This document shows, piece by piece, positions 1 to 9,354 of a DNA stretch of 64,000 nucleotides. The stretch lies in the sequence record KJ019146.1; one strand, given 5' to 3'. How positions within the stretch are numbered: position 1 is the first letter of the stretch; each line of letters opens with the position of its first letter. A model generated the notes under the pieces. It was given only the letters and a program-made list of their open reading frames with translations, was not told where the DNA came from and ran no database searches. Made by a program: the position numbers and the translations under genes.

Positions 1-930
1 ATGAGCTTCGCAAACCTAAAGAAACAGTCCTCCCTTGGTTCTCTCACTGAGAAACTTGTGAAGGAAGTCGAGAAGATGAATAATACACAGTCCGGTGGTG
101 AAGACGACCGTTACTGGAAACTCACATGTGATAAGTCACAGAACGGATATGCAGTTATCCGTTTCCTCCCTGCACCAGACAGTGAGGATATGCCTTTCGT
201 GAAACTATACTCCCACGCCTTCCAATCAAAGGGTGGTTGGTTTATCGAAAACAGTCTAACTACACTCAATCAGAAAGATCCTGTATCTGAGTATAACTCT
301 GAACTCTGGAACAACGGAACTGAAGCAGGTAAAGAACAGGCACGTAAGCAGAAGCGTAAGCTCACCTATATCGCTAACATCTACGTAGTGAAGGATCCAG
401 CTAACCCTGAGAATGAAGGTGGAGTATTCCTCTACAAGTTCGGTAAGAAGATCTTTGACAAACTCATGAGTGCAATGCAACCTGAGTTTGAAGATGAAGA
501 AGCCATCAACCCCTTTGATTTCTGGGAAGGTGCAAACTTCAACCTCAAGGCTAAGAGCGTTGCAGGTTATCGTAACTACGACTCCTCTGGATTCGGTAAG
601 GTTACTCCTCTCAATGGAGATGATGAGGTTCTAGAAGGTGTCTGGAAGAAAGAACACTCCCTCGCTGAACTCGTAGCACCTGATCAGTTCAAGGACTATG
701 AGACACTCAAGAAGCGTATGAATCAAGTTCTAGGACTTGGTGGTACTTCACGTCCAGCTCCACAAGAAGATAGTGGTGATGAGGACATCGAATCACAACT
801 TCGTTCCTCTCGTCCTGCATTTGCTAAGGAAGAGAGTTCATACTCTGAACCTGAACTACCTTCTATGAGTTCTAGTGATGATGGAGAGACTGATGATGCA
901 ATGAGTTACTTCCAATCACTAGCTGATTAA
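1..930 (+). CDS. gp32: T4-like single-stranded DNA-binding protein
   Basis: N-terminal MSFANLKKQSSLGSL, IRFLPAP, KQKRKLTYIANIYVVKDP, YKFGKKIFDK, acidic C-terminal tail. Confidence 0.95.
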   Translation: MSFANLKKQSSLGSLTEKLVKEVEKMNNTQSGGEDDRYWKLTCDKSQNGYAVIRFLPAPDSEDMPFVKLYSHAFQSKGGWFIENSLTTLNQKDPVSEYNSELWNNGTEAGKEQARKQKRKLTYIANIYVVKDPANPENEGGVFLYKFGKKIFDKLMSAMQPEFEDEEAINPFDFWEGANFNLKAKSVAGYRNYDSSGFGKVTPLNGDDEVLEGVWKKEHSLAELVAPDQFKDYETLKKRMNQVLGLGGTSRPAPQEDSGDEDIESQLRSSRPAFAKEESSYSEPELPSMSSSDDGETDDAMSYFQSLAD

Positions 931-952
931 TATACCAGGAGAATATTTTACT

Positions 953-1276
953 ATGAAAATTGTATTAGCTATTGTAGCTGCCTTCTTTCTTGCACTTCCT
1001 GCTTATGCTGCTGATGTTCAAATGGGTTTCAACGGAAACCTGGTATTTGAACCTAATGAACTCACAATCTCCGCAGGAGATACAGTCCACTTTCTGAATG
1101 ATATGCTTCCTCCACATAATATTATTGTGGAGGCTAGACCTGACCTTTCACGAGAGTCACTTATGTTTAACCCCGGTGAGTCACAAGATATTGTGTTCGC
1201 TGACGCAGGTGACTACGAGTTCTTCTGTGGTCCCCATCAGGGAGCCGGAATGACCGGAGTGATTCACGTTGAGTGA
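953..1276 (+). CDS. petE: plastocyanin (auxiliary metabolic gene)
   Basis: Signal peptide ending PAYA, PHN and C-x2-H-x4-M (FCGPHQGAGM) type-1 copper ligands. Confidence 0.93.
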   Translation: MKIVLAIVAAFFLALPAYAADVQMGFNGNLVFEPNELTISAGDTVHFLNDMLPPHNIIVEARPDLSRESLMFNPGESQDIVFADAGDYEFFCGPHQGAGMTGVIHVE

Positions 1277-1657
1277 TTAGTTCTGAACAAGATACTTTAG
1301 AGGTAGAGTCAATGCTGTCTTTACCTCTATAGTTTTTAACTCATAATACGAAGTTGCACTCTGGTTCCAGTCATACTGACGAACCTTATTTAAGTGCATA
1401 TTATATCCAACAAACCCCCAGTTATACACTGCGTTCACCGATGTAATCGGATACTGATCGTAGAGTAGATTGGGGGTTTTTGCGTAGTAATTGTAAATAT
1501 ATACCTTTCCTGGTAGGGGGGCGTTGACTTCAGAGTCCTTGAGTCTAGCCATCACCAAGTCCATAATATCATCAGACTTTTCTGTTCCAACTAGATTATC
1601 TAGAATAGGTTTCAGTCTATTAGAACTCTTCTGTTGAGATATCTTCTTTCTAGCCAT
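1277..1657 (-). CDS. conserved T4-like protein, possibly a short gp2 (DNA end protector)-like protein
   Basis: GKVYIYNYYAKT..YDQYP...GFVGYNMH resembles gp2-family motifs as recalled; adjacent to gp4 as in T4. Confidence 0.5.
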   Translation of the reverse strand: MARKKISQQKSSNRLKPILDNLVGTEKSDDIMDLVMARLKDSEVNAPLPGKVYIYNYYAKTPNLLYDQYPITSVNAVYNWGFVGYNMHLNKVRQYDWNQSATSYYELKTIEVKTALTLPLKYLVQN

Positions 1658-2090
1658 TCTTAAATAGATCCTTTTCTGTTAGTATTCTGAACTCTAACCC
1701 ATTATCAAGACAGAACTCCTCACAGGCTCGCCACTTAGCAGTGTTCTGTGCGTATAAACTTTCAGCGATCATCACATTCCTAGTGCGTTTAGTATATTTC
1801 GGTGGGCTACATTCCCGAAGGGGTTTGATTTCTATTAGACATTTCTTAACACCACCCCCCTGTTTTTTGTATTCCACATAGAAATCTGGGAAGTAACGAG
1901 CCACCTTTTTCTTCATAGGGTTGTAATATGGGACGCTGATTTCCTCCGAAGCCCATCGAATGACACTCTCTCTATCATCCAAATATTTCATAAACTTCCT
2001 TTCCCATCCGGATCTATAGACAATATTGCTAGGATCTCCGATATACTTTTTGGGATTAGAGGGTTTGTAAACACCCTTCATGCTTGCCAT
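1650..2090 (-). CDS. gp4: head completion protein (TnsA-like endonuclease fold)
   Basis: GVYKPSNPKKYIGDP..IVYRSGWE, RYFPDF, IEIKP, FRILTEKDL. Confidence 0.9.
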   Translation of the reverse strand: MASMKGVYKPSNPKKYIGDPSNIVYRSGWERKFMKYLDDRESVIRWASEEISVPYYNPMKKKVARYFPDFYVEYKKQGGGVKKCLIEIKPLRECSPPKYTKRTRNVMIAESLYAQNTAKWRACEEFCLDNGLEFRILTEKDLFKNG

Positions 2091-2120
2091 ATAAATAATA
2101 ATAGTCCCTAGTAGTATTTA
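2090..2120. promoter_or_regulatory. divergent T4-type late promoters
   Basis: TATAAATA on + at 2090-2097 and TAAATA on - at 2115-2120 between divergent gp4 and gp54-like genes. Confidence 0.75.
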
Positions 2121-2125
2121 GTAGA

Positions 2126-2872
2126 GTGAGAAGAGATCTAACCCTACAGGATGTTCGTCCTCTAATAGGGAACCTATCACGGACAAATATCTACCAAGTG
2201 CAATTTGGTGGATTGAGTCCTGGTCTTATTGGATATCTAGCTTCTAGGAGTGTTGGTTCCCAGTTTATCGCAGATGGTGCTGGTTTGATGTGCTATGAAG
2301 CTTCCCTACCAGGATCATCACTATCACAAGTTCAGAGTTCTAACTTCCACGGAGTGGTAGAGAACTTTGCACACACAAGAGTATTCACACCCATTACCTT
2401 ATCATTCTATTGTGACAGTGGTTATCAAACACTGAGAATGTTGGAACACTGGATGGAGTATGTTGTCAGTGGAAATGGAACATCAGGAATGGCATATGGT
2501 GGAAATAACTATAACTATCGTCTAAAGTATCCCAATGACCCATCAGATGGGTATAAGTGTGACTCTACTAGTGTATATAAGTTTGAAGGTGACAGGGAAA
2601 ATGGAAGTGTGATGGAGTATTCCTTCATTGGACTATATCCTTCCAACCTATCCTCAGTCCCTGTTAGATACGGACCCAATAATGAGATTACTAGAGTAAC
2701 TTGTAGTTTCTCCTATGATAGGTATGTTGCTGGATCTAAAAGAAGTTTTGATTGGGTTCTTGGTAACTCCAACAATAGAGATCAATCTAACGGTAACTTT
2801 ATTAATCAAACAGTTAGGGATCTTTTGGATGTTGGTGTTGACTTTGTTGGTAACATCCTAAACAGGAGATAA
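2126..2872 (+). CDS. gp54: baseplate tail-tube initiator (gp54/gp19-like)
   Basis: SRTNIYQV, CYEASLPG, ITLSFYCD, LEHWMEY, FSYDRY tube-protein-like motifs; position next to gp4/gp48. Confidence 0.65.
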   Translation: MRRDLTLQDVRPLIGNLSRTNIYQVQFGGLSPGLIGYLASRSVGSQFIADGAGLMCYEASLPGSSLSQVQSSNFHGVVENFAHTRVFTPITLSFYCDSGYQTLRMLEHWMEYVVSGNGTSGMAYGGNNYNYRLKYPNDPSDGYKCDSTSVYKFEGDRENGSVMEYSFIGLYPSNLSSVPVRYGPNNEITRVTCSFSYDRYVAGSKRSFDWVLGNSNNRDQSNGNFINQTVRDLLDVGVDFVGNILNRR

Positions 2873-2880
2873 ATAGTAAT

Positions 2881-3840
2881 ATGGCAAAATCTAAGAAACA
2901 ACTAAGATACCCACTTACTAGGATTGAGTCCAACTCCGACTATCTAGCTATTAATGTGTGTAAATATAATCCACCAGGTTTTGCTGGGGGTAACACTTCT
3001 GATACTATGTTCGATATCCCATCCAGCACTAGTATAGGTGGTGGTGGTAACTGCTCAAAGAAATCTATTGAGGGTAATATTTTATTGCCCATGCCTGATT
3101 CAATCGTAGACTCAAATATAACTAACTGGGAGAGTAATGAGATTAATAGTGTAGCTGCTTCTGCTATTGGCAGTATCAAACAGGGATTGGAGGAATTTAC
3201 ACTAGATAGTATGATAAACAGCCCAGGAGAAACACTCAAAAGTGCCTTGGCATCTGCACAAACTACAGCAAGTAACGCTTTAGACGCCGCAAAGGATCCA
3301 GCTGTTTCTGCTGCTTTGGAAAACTACTTTATTGGTAATGCTGTTAATCTATTTGGTGCAAACGTAGACGCAACATCACTCCTATCCAGAGAAAAGGGTT
3401 TAGTTCTTAACCCAAACATGGAGTTTCTATTCAAAGGTGTTCAACTTCGATCTTTCGACTTCACCTTTGTCATGAACCCCAGAAGTAGACAGGAGTCTAT
3501 CGAGGTTAAATCTATCATCAATACTTTCAAGAAGAGAATGGCAGCTAAGAGTAGTGCTGAGGGATCAGGACCTAGAGGGTTATTTGTCAAAGCGCCTGAT
3601 GTATTTGAACTCCAATTTAAGAGGGGTTCTTCCAAACATCCTTTCTTATATACTATGAAGACTTGCGCACTCACAAAGATGACTGTAGATTATATGAGAA
3701 CTGGTAACTATATCACATATGAGGATAGTACTCCAGTTCAATTAGCAATGGCTTTGAGTTTCACTGAACTCAACCCAATATACGCAGAGGATTATGATAT
3801 GAATAACCTACCTGGTGCAGATGAAGGAGTTGGATTCTAA
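2881..3840 (+). CDS. gp48: baseplate tail-tube cap
   Basis: ILLPMP, NPNMEFLFKGVQLRSFDFTF.M.PRS, PDVFEL, TCALTKMTVDY; TAAATA at 2870-2875. Confidence 0.88.
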   Translation: MAKSKKQLRYPLTRIESNSDYLAINVCKYNPPGFAGGNTSDTMFDIPSSTSIGGGGNCSKKSIEGNILLPMPDSIVDSNITNWESNEINSVAASAIGSIKQGLEEFTLDSMINSPGETLKSALASAQTTASNALDAAKDPAVSAALENYFIGNAVNLFGANVDATSLLSREKGLVLNPNMEFLFKGVQLRSFDFTFVMNPRSRQESIEVKSIINTFKKRMAAKSSAEGSGPRGLFVKAPDVFELQFKRGSSKHPFLYTMKTCALTKMTVDYMRTGNYITYEDSTPVQLAMALSFTELNPIYAEDYDMNNLPGADEGVGF

Positions 3841-4499
3841 TGACTTATTTTAGAGAGCTACCAAACTTAGAGTACGAAAACTTTCTATCAGATTCTACTG
3901 GATCTGGTGATTATATCCTAATGAAGAATATCTTCGTTAGGGGAAAACTTCGTGATGACTTACAAAATGTATTAACTCTATTCAATAAGTATATTATTGA
4001 AGAGGATGAGAGGCCAGATCAGATTGCTCTGAAACTATATGGTGATCCAGGTTTAGATTGGGTTATTCGTATGGTGGGTGAAATTACTAACATGCCCAAC
4101 GATTGGCCAATATCTTCACAACAACTCTATGAGTTCTGTGTGGAAAAGTATGATGGTGAGAAGGGTATGAATGGTGTTAAGTATTATCAAACTACTGAAG
4201 TTAAAGACTCACAGGGTAGAATATTACTAGCAGCTGGTCTCACAGTTGATAAGAACTTCACAATCCCTGATCCCGATCCAGATCACCAGGGTAATATTAT
4301 TAATCCAACTGAACCAGTTACTAACTACGCATACGAAACCAATCTTAACGATAGTAAGAGGGAACTATATGTATTGAAGAAGTCGTTCATTGGTCAGTTT
4401 GTGAGTGATATGAGAGATATTAATACATATGGATTCAACTCTGAGTTTGTGAATTCTAAAACTCTTCGTGTGGCAAACACTAGGGTAACCAATCCCTGA
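3840..4499 (+). CDS. gp53: baseplate wedge subunit
   Basis: MTYFRELPNLEY, ERPDQIALKLYGD..LDWVI, NDWP. Confidence 0.88.
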   Translation: MTYFRELPNLEYENFLSDSTGSGDYILMKNIFVRGKLRDDLQNVLTLFNKYIIEEDERPDQIALKLYGDPGLDWVIRMVGEITNMPNDWPISSQQLYEFCVEKYDGEKGMNGVKYYQTTEVKDSQGRILLAAGLTVDKNFTIPDPDPDHQGNIINPTEPVTNYAYETNLNDSKRELYVLKKSFIGQFVSDMRDINTYGFNSEFVNSKTLRVANTRVTNP

Positions 4500-4535
4500 T
4501 AAATACAGCATACCTTTCTATATTATTCTTACATC

Positions 4536-5246
4536 ATGGCGTTACCTAAGATTGCCAAGATAACCTATGAACTGGTTATTCCTTCCACTGGCAAAAAGAT
4601 TAAGTATAGACCTTTTCTAGTTAAAGAAGAGAAAGTTCTTATTCTTGCACAAGAATCTGGTTCCCAAACGGAAATGACCAGAGCTATTAAAGATGTTATC
4701 TCTGCTTGTGTTCAAACTCGTGGATTTAAGGTCGATCAGATGGCAACCTTTGATATTGAGTATGTCTTCTTAAACATTAGGGGGAGATCTGTCGGTGAAT
4801 CTGTGGATGTTATCGTCACCTGTCCAGATGATGAAAAGACTACAGTTCCCGTTACTATTTATCTAGATGAAATTGAGGTTATCTTTGATGAAAACCACGA
4901 GGCAAACATCAAGTTAGATGATACTTACTCTGTACAGATGAAGTATCCCACTATGGAACAGGTCATGGAAGCAGATGCTGACAACATCTCCATCCAAGAA
5001 AGTCTAGAACTGATTGCCAAGTGTATTGATCAGATTTATAGTGAAGAGGAATCTTTCGCCGCTTCTGATTCCTCACTGAAGGAACTTGTATCATGGGTAG
5101 AGGATCTGGAACCTAAACAGTTTACTAAACTAGAGAACTTCTTCACCACCATGCCTAAGTTATCACATACTATTAATGTGATGAACCCAGAAACAGATGT
5201 TGAAAGTTCTGTCGTATTGGAGGGACTGGGTAGTTTTTTCGCGTAA
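4536..5246 (+). CDS. gp26: baseplate hub subunit
   Basis: MALPKI, YRPFLVKEEKVL, DIEYVFLNIRGRSVGE, FFTTMPKL; TAAATA at 4500-4505. Confidence 0.88.
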   Translation: MALPKIAKITYELVIPSTGKKIKYRPFLVKEEKVLILAQESGSQTEMTRAIKDVISACVQTRGFKVDQMATFDIEYVFLNIRGRSVGESVDVIVTCPDDEKTTVPVTIYLDEIEVIFDENHEANIKLDDTYSVQMKYPTMEQVMEADADNISIQESLELIAKCIDQIYSEEESFAASDSSLKELVSWVEDLEPKQFTKLENFFTTMPKLSHTINVMNPETDVESSVVLEGLGSFFA

Positions 5247-5248
5247 GT

Positions 5249-5428
5249 ATGGCTCACATGGATCTAGAGTCATACTATAAGACCAACTTTGCACTGATGC
5301 AACACCACAAGTACAACCTCTCCGATATTGAAGATATGATCCCATGGGAGAGGGACATCTATGTTACTCTACTCAAGAACTGGATTGAGGAAGAGGAACA
5401 ACGAATCGCACAACAGCAGAAAGGATGA
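5249..5428 (+). CDS. gp51: baseplate hub assembly catalyst (59 aa, not in ORF track)
   Basis: Hand translation MAHMDLESYYKTNFALMQHHKYNLSDIEDMIPWERDIYVTLL; directly follows gp26. Confidence 0.88.
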   Translation: MAHMDLESYYKTNFALMQHHKYNLSDIEDMIPWERDIYVTLLKNWIEEEEQRIAQQQKG

Positions 5429-7359
5429 GTTTATTCACCTCCGCTACTTCAGGTGTAGATCCCCAAACAGGATCTTACCTCTCTAAGGAACAAAGAGTTG
5501 CGATGTTCCAATCCTCCCGTGGTCGTGGAGGTGGTGGAAGCGCTACGCCTGAAGGTAAAAGAGGTAAAGTTGCACCACAGAATGCCATTGTTGTAGCAAA
5601 CAAGATGGCACAGGTGGTTCAGACACTCCAGACAAATACACAGGAGACTGTTCAAGCTGTTAATGTAAAGGTTCAAGAGAACGCACAGAATATTGAAAAC
5701 CTCTACAAATCTGTTCAGAATAACAGATCAGCAGAGGCTAAGGAAGAAAAAGCAGAGACAAAAGATTTAAGAGCAGACAGAGAGAATGCACTAAGGGCAG
5801 GTAAAGAGAAACTTATTGAGGGCATGTCATCAGCTGTTGCTGGTCTTGTCAGTGTAGGTAAGAGGGCAGCTGATGCTGCACTTAAACCCGTTATGGGTTT
5901 CTGGGAAAAGATTAAAGGATTCTTGCTTAATATAGCAGCAGCTTGGGCTATTAAGAATCTCCCAGTTATCATGGGTTATGTTGAAGATTTTGTTAGTTGG
6001 TTAGGTGACTTTAAGAGTTGGTTGCCTAAGTCTCTTACAGGTCTTCGTGGTGTATGGTCTATTGCGGATAATATTATCCGAGCAATGTGGCGCGGTTTCA
6101 GTCGTATTGGTGGCACAATATACCGTATCTCTACATGGTTAACTAGAAAGTTATTTTCACTACTCAAGAGAATATTTGCACCTATTGGTAGATTTGTTTC
6201 AAGAATAGTAGGTGGTATTGTTGACTTCCTGAGACCAATAGTATCTAGAGCACTGAGAGGTTTGGGTGATGCACTTGGTGGAATGGGGAACTCCATCAAT
6301 CGAGCTTTTGGTGGTGGTGGTAGTTCCAGTAGTCTAGGTGGAGTTAAAGGTGGTGCTGGTGTTGATCCTGGTCAGAAGGCAATAGCTGGAGCTGCCGAAG
6401 AAGGTGGCGGTCTTTTTGCAAGGTTCAACAGATTCCTCAAAGGGCTGACGCAGAAAGGCAAGGCTGCTTTTTCTAAAGGTCAAGAGTTATTTGCGAGTGG
6501 TGGTAAAAAGATTCAGCAGGGTATAGGTGCAATACAGGAAACCACCACTGGAATTAAACCGCAACCCGAAAAACATGCGGGGTGGCTTAAAAAAGCACTA
6601 ACTCCTATTGGTGACCTTCTTCCCGGTATGAAGGGAGCACTTAGTGGTATAGGTAAACTAGTCAATGGTGTTCTTAAAGTTGTTCCTGGTATTGGTTTTG
6701 CTATTGATTTGGCTCTAAACAAGGGAATCAATGGTGATGACTGGACTACTGCTATTGTAGCCGCTCTTGGTTCCTCTGTCGCTGGTGGTATTGGTATTGC
6801 TGGTGGTGCTAAGATTGGTGGTGGAGTTGGTTTTGCTCTTGGTACTGCTATTCCTGGTATAGGTAACATTGTTGGTGCCGCTATTGGTGCCGGTCTTGGT
6901 GGTATTATCGGTGGTATTGCTGGTGGTGCTCTTGGTGATACTGCAGCCAGAATGGGTCTGGATGCATTAAATATAGGAGAAAGTGCTCAGTCTGAAAACA
7001 AACCAGCTGATATAGGTTCTCCTGGCGGTGCGATGGATCTTGAGGGTGGTGCTCACGAAACAGTACCTGCTAGTTCTGTGGGAGCTACAACTAACAATAA
7101 CTCAACATCAGGTATGGTTAGTAGTGCAACCAGTGGTAGTAGCACACCAGAAGGTATGTCAGAACCAAACGGTGGTAATACTACTTCTGTTGAAACCATT
7201 AATCTAGCTCCTAATGTTGTAGATAGTGGTAAGGAGGATAGTTCTGGAAAACTTGAAGTGCCGTCTATGATTGATGATAACCCCTTCTGGCAGACAGCAG
7301 ATCCAGCTTCTGATATGTACAGGAGTTTCGCTTCAACTGAATACGAGTTGGTACACTAA
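5425..7359 (+). CDS. tape-measure/baseplate-hub-like protein
   Basis: Coiled-coil N-terminus, amphipathic helical middle, Gly/Ala-rich region; baseplate gene context. Confidence 0.5.
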   Translation: MSLFTSATSGVDPQTGSYLSKEQRVAMFQSSRGRGGGGSATPEGKRGKVAPQNAIVVANKMAQVVQTLQTNTQETVQAVNVKVQENAQNIENLYKSVQNNRSAEAKEEKAETKDLRADRENALRAGKEKLIEGMSSAVAGLVSVGKRAADAALKPVMGFWEKIKGFLLNIAAAWAIKNLPVIMGYVEDFVSWLGDFKSWLPKSLTGLRGVWSIADNIIRAMWRGFSRIGGTIYRISTWLTRKLFSLLKRIFAPIGRFVSRIVGGIVDFLRPIVSRALRGLGDALGGMGNSINRAFGGGGSSSSLGGVKGGAGVDPGQKAIAGAAEEGGGLFARFNRFLKGLTQKGKAAFSKGQELFASGGKKIQQGIGAIQETTTGIKPQPEKHAGWLKKALTPIGDLLPGMKGALSGIGKLVNGVLKVVPGIGFAIDLALNKGINGDDWTTAIVAALGSSVAGGIGIAGGAKIGGGVGFALGTAIPGIGNIVGAAIGAGLGGIIGGIAGGALGDTAARMGLDALNIGESAQSENKPADIGSPGGAMDLEGGAHETVPASSVGATTNNNSTSGMVSSATSGSSTPEGMSEPNGGNTTSVETINLAPNVVDSGKEDSSGKLEVPSMIDDNPFWQTADPASDMYRSFASTEYELVH

Positions 7360-9320
7360 TGGCACAACCACAAATTGCTGCAAACAAAACTAAAGCTCTG
7401 AGGATTGGTCAGAGGTTGATGGTTGGTGCCAAGAGTTTTGGTAAAGGTGTCAGGAATAGTGTTGACACTTCACAACAGGTTATCACTCAGAGTGCTCGTA
7501 AGATCAAATCAGATCAGAAAAGAATCAACGCAGAGAATAAGAAACAAGAAAGGTTTGAAGATGCAGTACGGGAAGAAACAGAGAGAAGACAGAAATCCCT
7601 AACAAAGGGTGCATATGGTGTTGGTAGTGCTGCCAAGAAGCTAACCGAGAAGGTTATGGTGGATCCAATGAAAGCTATTTGGAACATTATTGCTGCTTGG
7701 GCTATTAAGAATCTCCCAATTATTGTTGATGAAGTTAGAAAATTTGTAAAGAAAGTGAGGATTGTAATAGCTGCTATTAATAACGCGTTTAGAGCAACTG
7801 GTAACCTATTTAAGGGGTGGTTATCATATGGACAGGCTTGGCTGACAAATATGGTTACCTTTGACTGGGGTGACTCCACAGGTAGGTTGGAAGAAGCACA
7901 GGCTGAAATAGATAATAGTTATGATGAATTAGATGCAAGTTGGAATACTATCTACAATGTATGGGGTAAGGAGGAAGAAGAGTTAGACAAAATGCTAACT
8001 TGGTTGGATAGTGGTAAGACTATTAAACAGGCTACTGATGCTATTACACAAGGTATTCCATTGCCACAGACACCTGCTTTTGGTGATGGTAGTAGGGAAG
8101 GTGGCGGAGGTTATGGTGGATCAGGCATCCAAATGAGTGCTGATGAGCAACAACTTACAGAGTCATTGATTGCTGGTGAGGAGGGGGTAAGAACCAAAGC
8201 ATATCAGGATACTGAAGGTATTTGGACGATTGGTTACGGACAAACTAGAATTAATGGTCGTGCAGTAAGACCAGGTGATACAATAACAAAAGCACAAGCA
8301 TTGGGTGGTTTTAGAGGTGCTCTTGCAGAACACCAACAAAGGGCAATCAATCAACTTGGTGAGGAGAGATGGTCACAACTGGACGCAAGATCTAGAGCAG
8401 TTCTCACCTCTATAACATACAACTATGGTAGTATTCCTGGTAGAGTTCTACCTGCTGCTAAAACTGGTAATGCTGAAGACATTGCTGTAGCGATGAATAG
8501 TTTGTATGGAGATAATAGAGGAGTTCTAAAAGGTAGAAGACAGAGAGAGCAATCTATTCTCAGAGGCGGTACTTCTTCCTACTTAGATAAAGACTTTATG
8601 GCTGGTGGTCAATTTGCAGGATCTGGTACTGGTCCTCTAGTCATGGGTGGTGGAAATGAATCTAGTTCAGGTTCAATATCTTCATCTGGAGGCACAACCA
8701 ACACGACTGCAATGAAGAAAGGTGATATGGTTGGTGGTTTTAGTGTTAGTTCTGCATTTGGACGTAGAGCTGCACCTACTGCTGGTGCTAGTTCTAATCA
8801 TGGGGGTCTTGATATTGCTACTCCACAAGGAACATACTTAGCTTTTGATGTTGATGTTGAGATTATGTTCGCTGGTTCAGCTGGTGGATATGGATATGTC
8901 ATTGATGCTTGGTCGGCATCATTAGGAATTCAGTTCCGCTGTGCTCACATGTCAGTATTAATGTGTAACCCAGGACAGAAAGTTCGTGCTGGAACTGCTG
9001 TTGGTAGAACTGGTGGTGCAGTGGGAAGTCGTGGGGCTGGTACATCCACTGGACCTCATCTTCACTTTGAAGTGAGTAATCAGAAGGGTTCTGCTAACTA
9101 TGGTGGTTCAAATAGTGCTAGTATGTTAGCCAGATACGCAAAACACTTAATCCTTAGCTCATCTAAACCACAACCACAGTCACTCAGACCAGCTACAGTG
9201 AGTTCTTCCTCACAGCAAACCGCTAATCAACTTAACTCTTCTGCTTCCTCCAGAAGAACTAATGGTAGGAGAACTGATCAGAAAATAATACTAATCAAGG
9301 AAAATACTATTATTAAATAA
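7359..9320 (+). CDS. tail-associated protein with phage lysozyme (GH24-like) and M23 peptidase domains
   Basis: EEGVRTKAYQDTEGIWTIGYG lysozyme catalytic motif; HGGLD and GPHLHFE M23 zinc motifs. Confidence 0.8.
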   Translation: MAQPQIAANKTKALRIGQRLMVGAKSFGKGVRNSVDTSQQVITQSARKIKSDQKRINAENKKQERFEDAVREETERRQKSLTKGAYGVGSAAKKLTEKVMVDPMKAIWNIIAAWAIKNLPIIVDEVRKFVKKVRIVIAAINNAFRATGNLFKGWLSYGQAWLTNMVTFDWGDSTGRLEEAQAEIDNSYDELDASWNTIYNVWGKEEEELDKMLTWLDSGKTIKQATDAITQGIPLPQTPAFGDGSREGGGGYGGSGIQMSADEQQLTESLIAGEEGVRTKAYQDTEGIWTIGYGQTRINGRAVRPGDTITKAQALGGFRGALAEHQQRAINQLGEERWSQLDARSRAVLTSITYNYGSIPGRVLPAAKTGNAEDIAVAMNSLYGDNRGVLKGRRQREQSILRGGTSSYLDKDFMAGGQFAGSGTGPLVMGGGNESSSGSISSSGGTTNTTAMKKGDMVGGFSVSSAFGRRAAPTAGASSNHGGLDIATPQGTYLAFDVDVEIMFAGSAGGYGYVIDAWSASLGIQFRCAHMSVLMCNPGQKVRAGTAVGRTGGAVGSRGAGTSTGPHLHFEVSNQKGSANYGGSNSASMLARYAKHLILSSSKPQPQSLRPATVSSSSQQTANQLNSSASSRRTNGRRTDQKIILIKENTIIK

Positions 9321-9322
9321 CC

Positions 9323-9330
9323 TATAAATA
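9323..9330 (+). promoter_or_regulatory. T4-type late promoter
   Basis: TATAAATA upstream of 9355 ORF. Confidence 0.75.
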
Positions 9331-9354
9331 CCTAATATAGGTGTGTAAGGTGTA

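Noticed and set aside
1-3. Window starts exactly at the gp32 ATG
   Set aside because: Most likely a windowing or assembly-rotation artefact; no terminal repeat evidence
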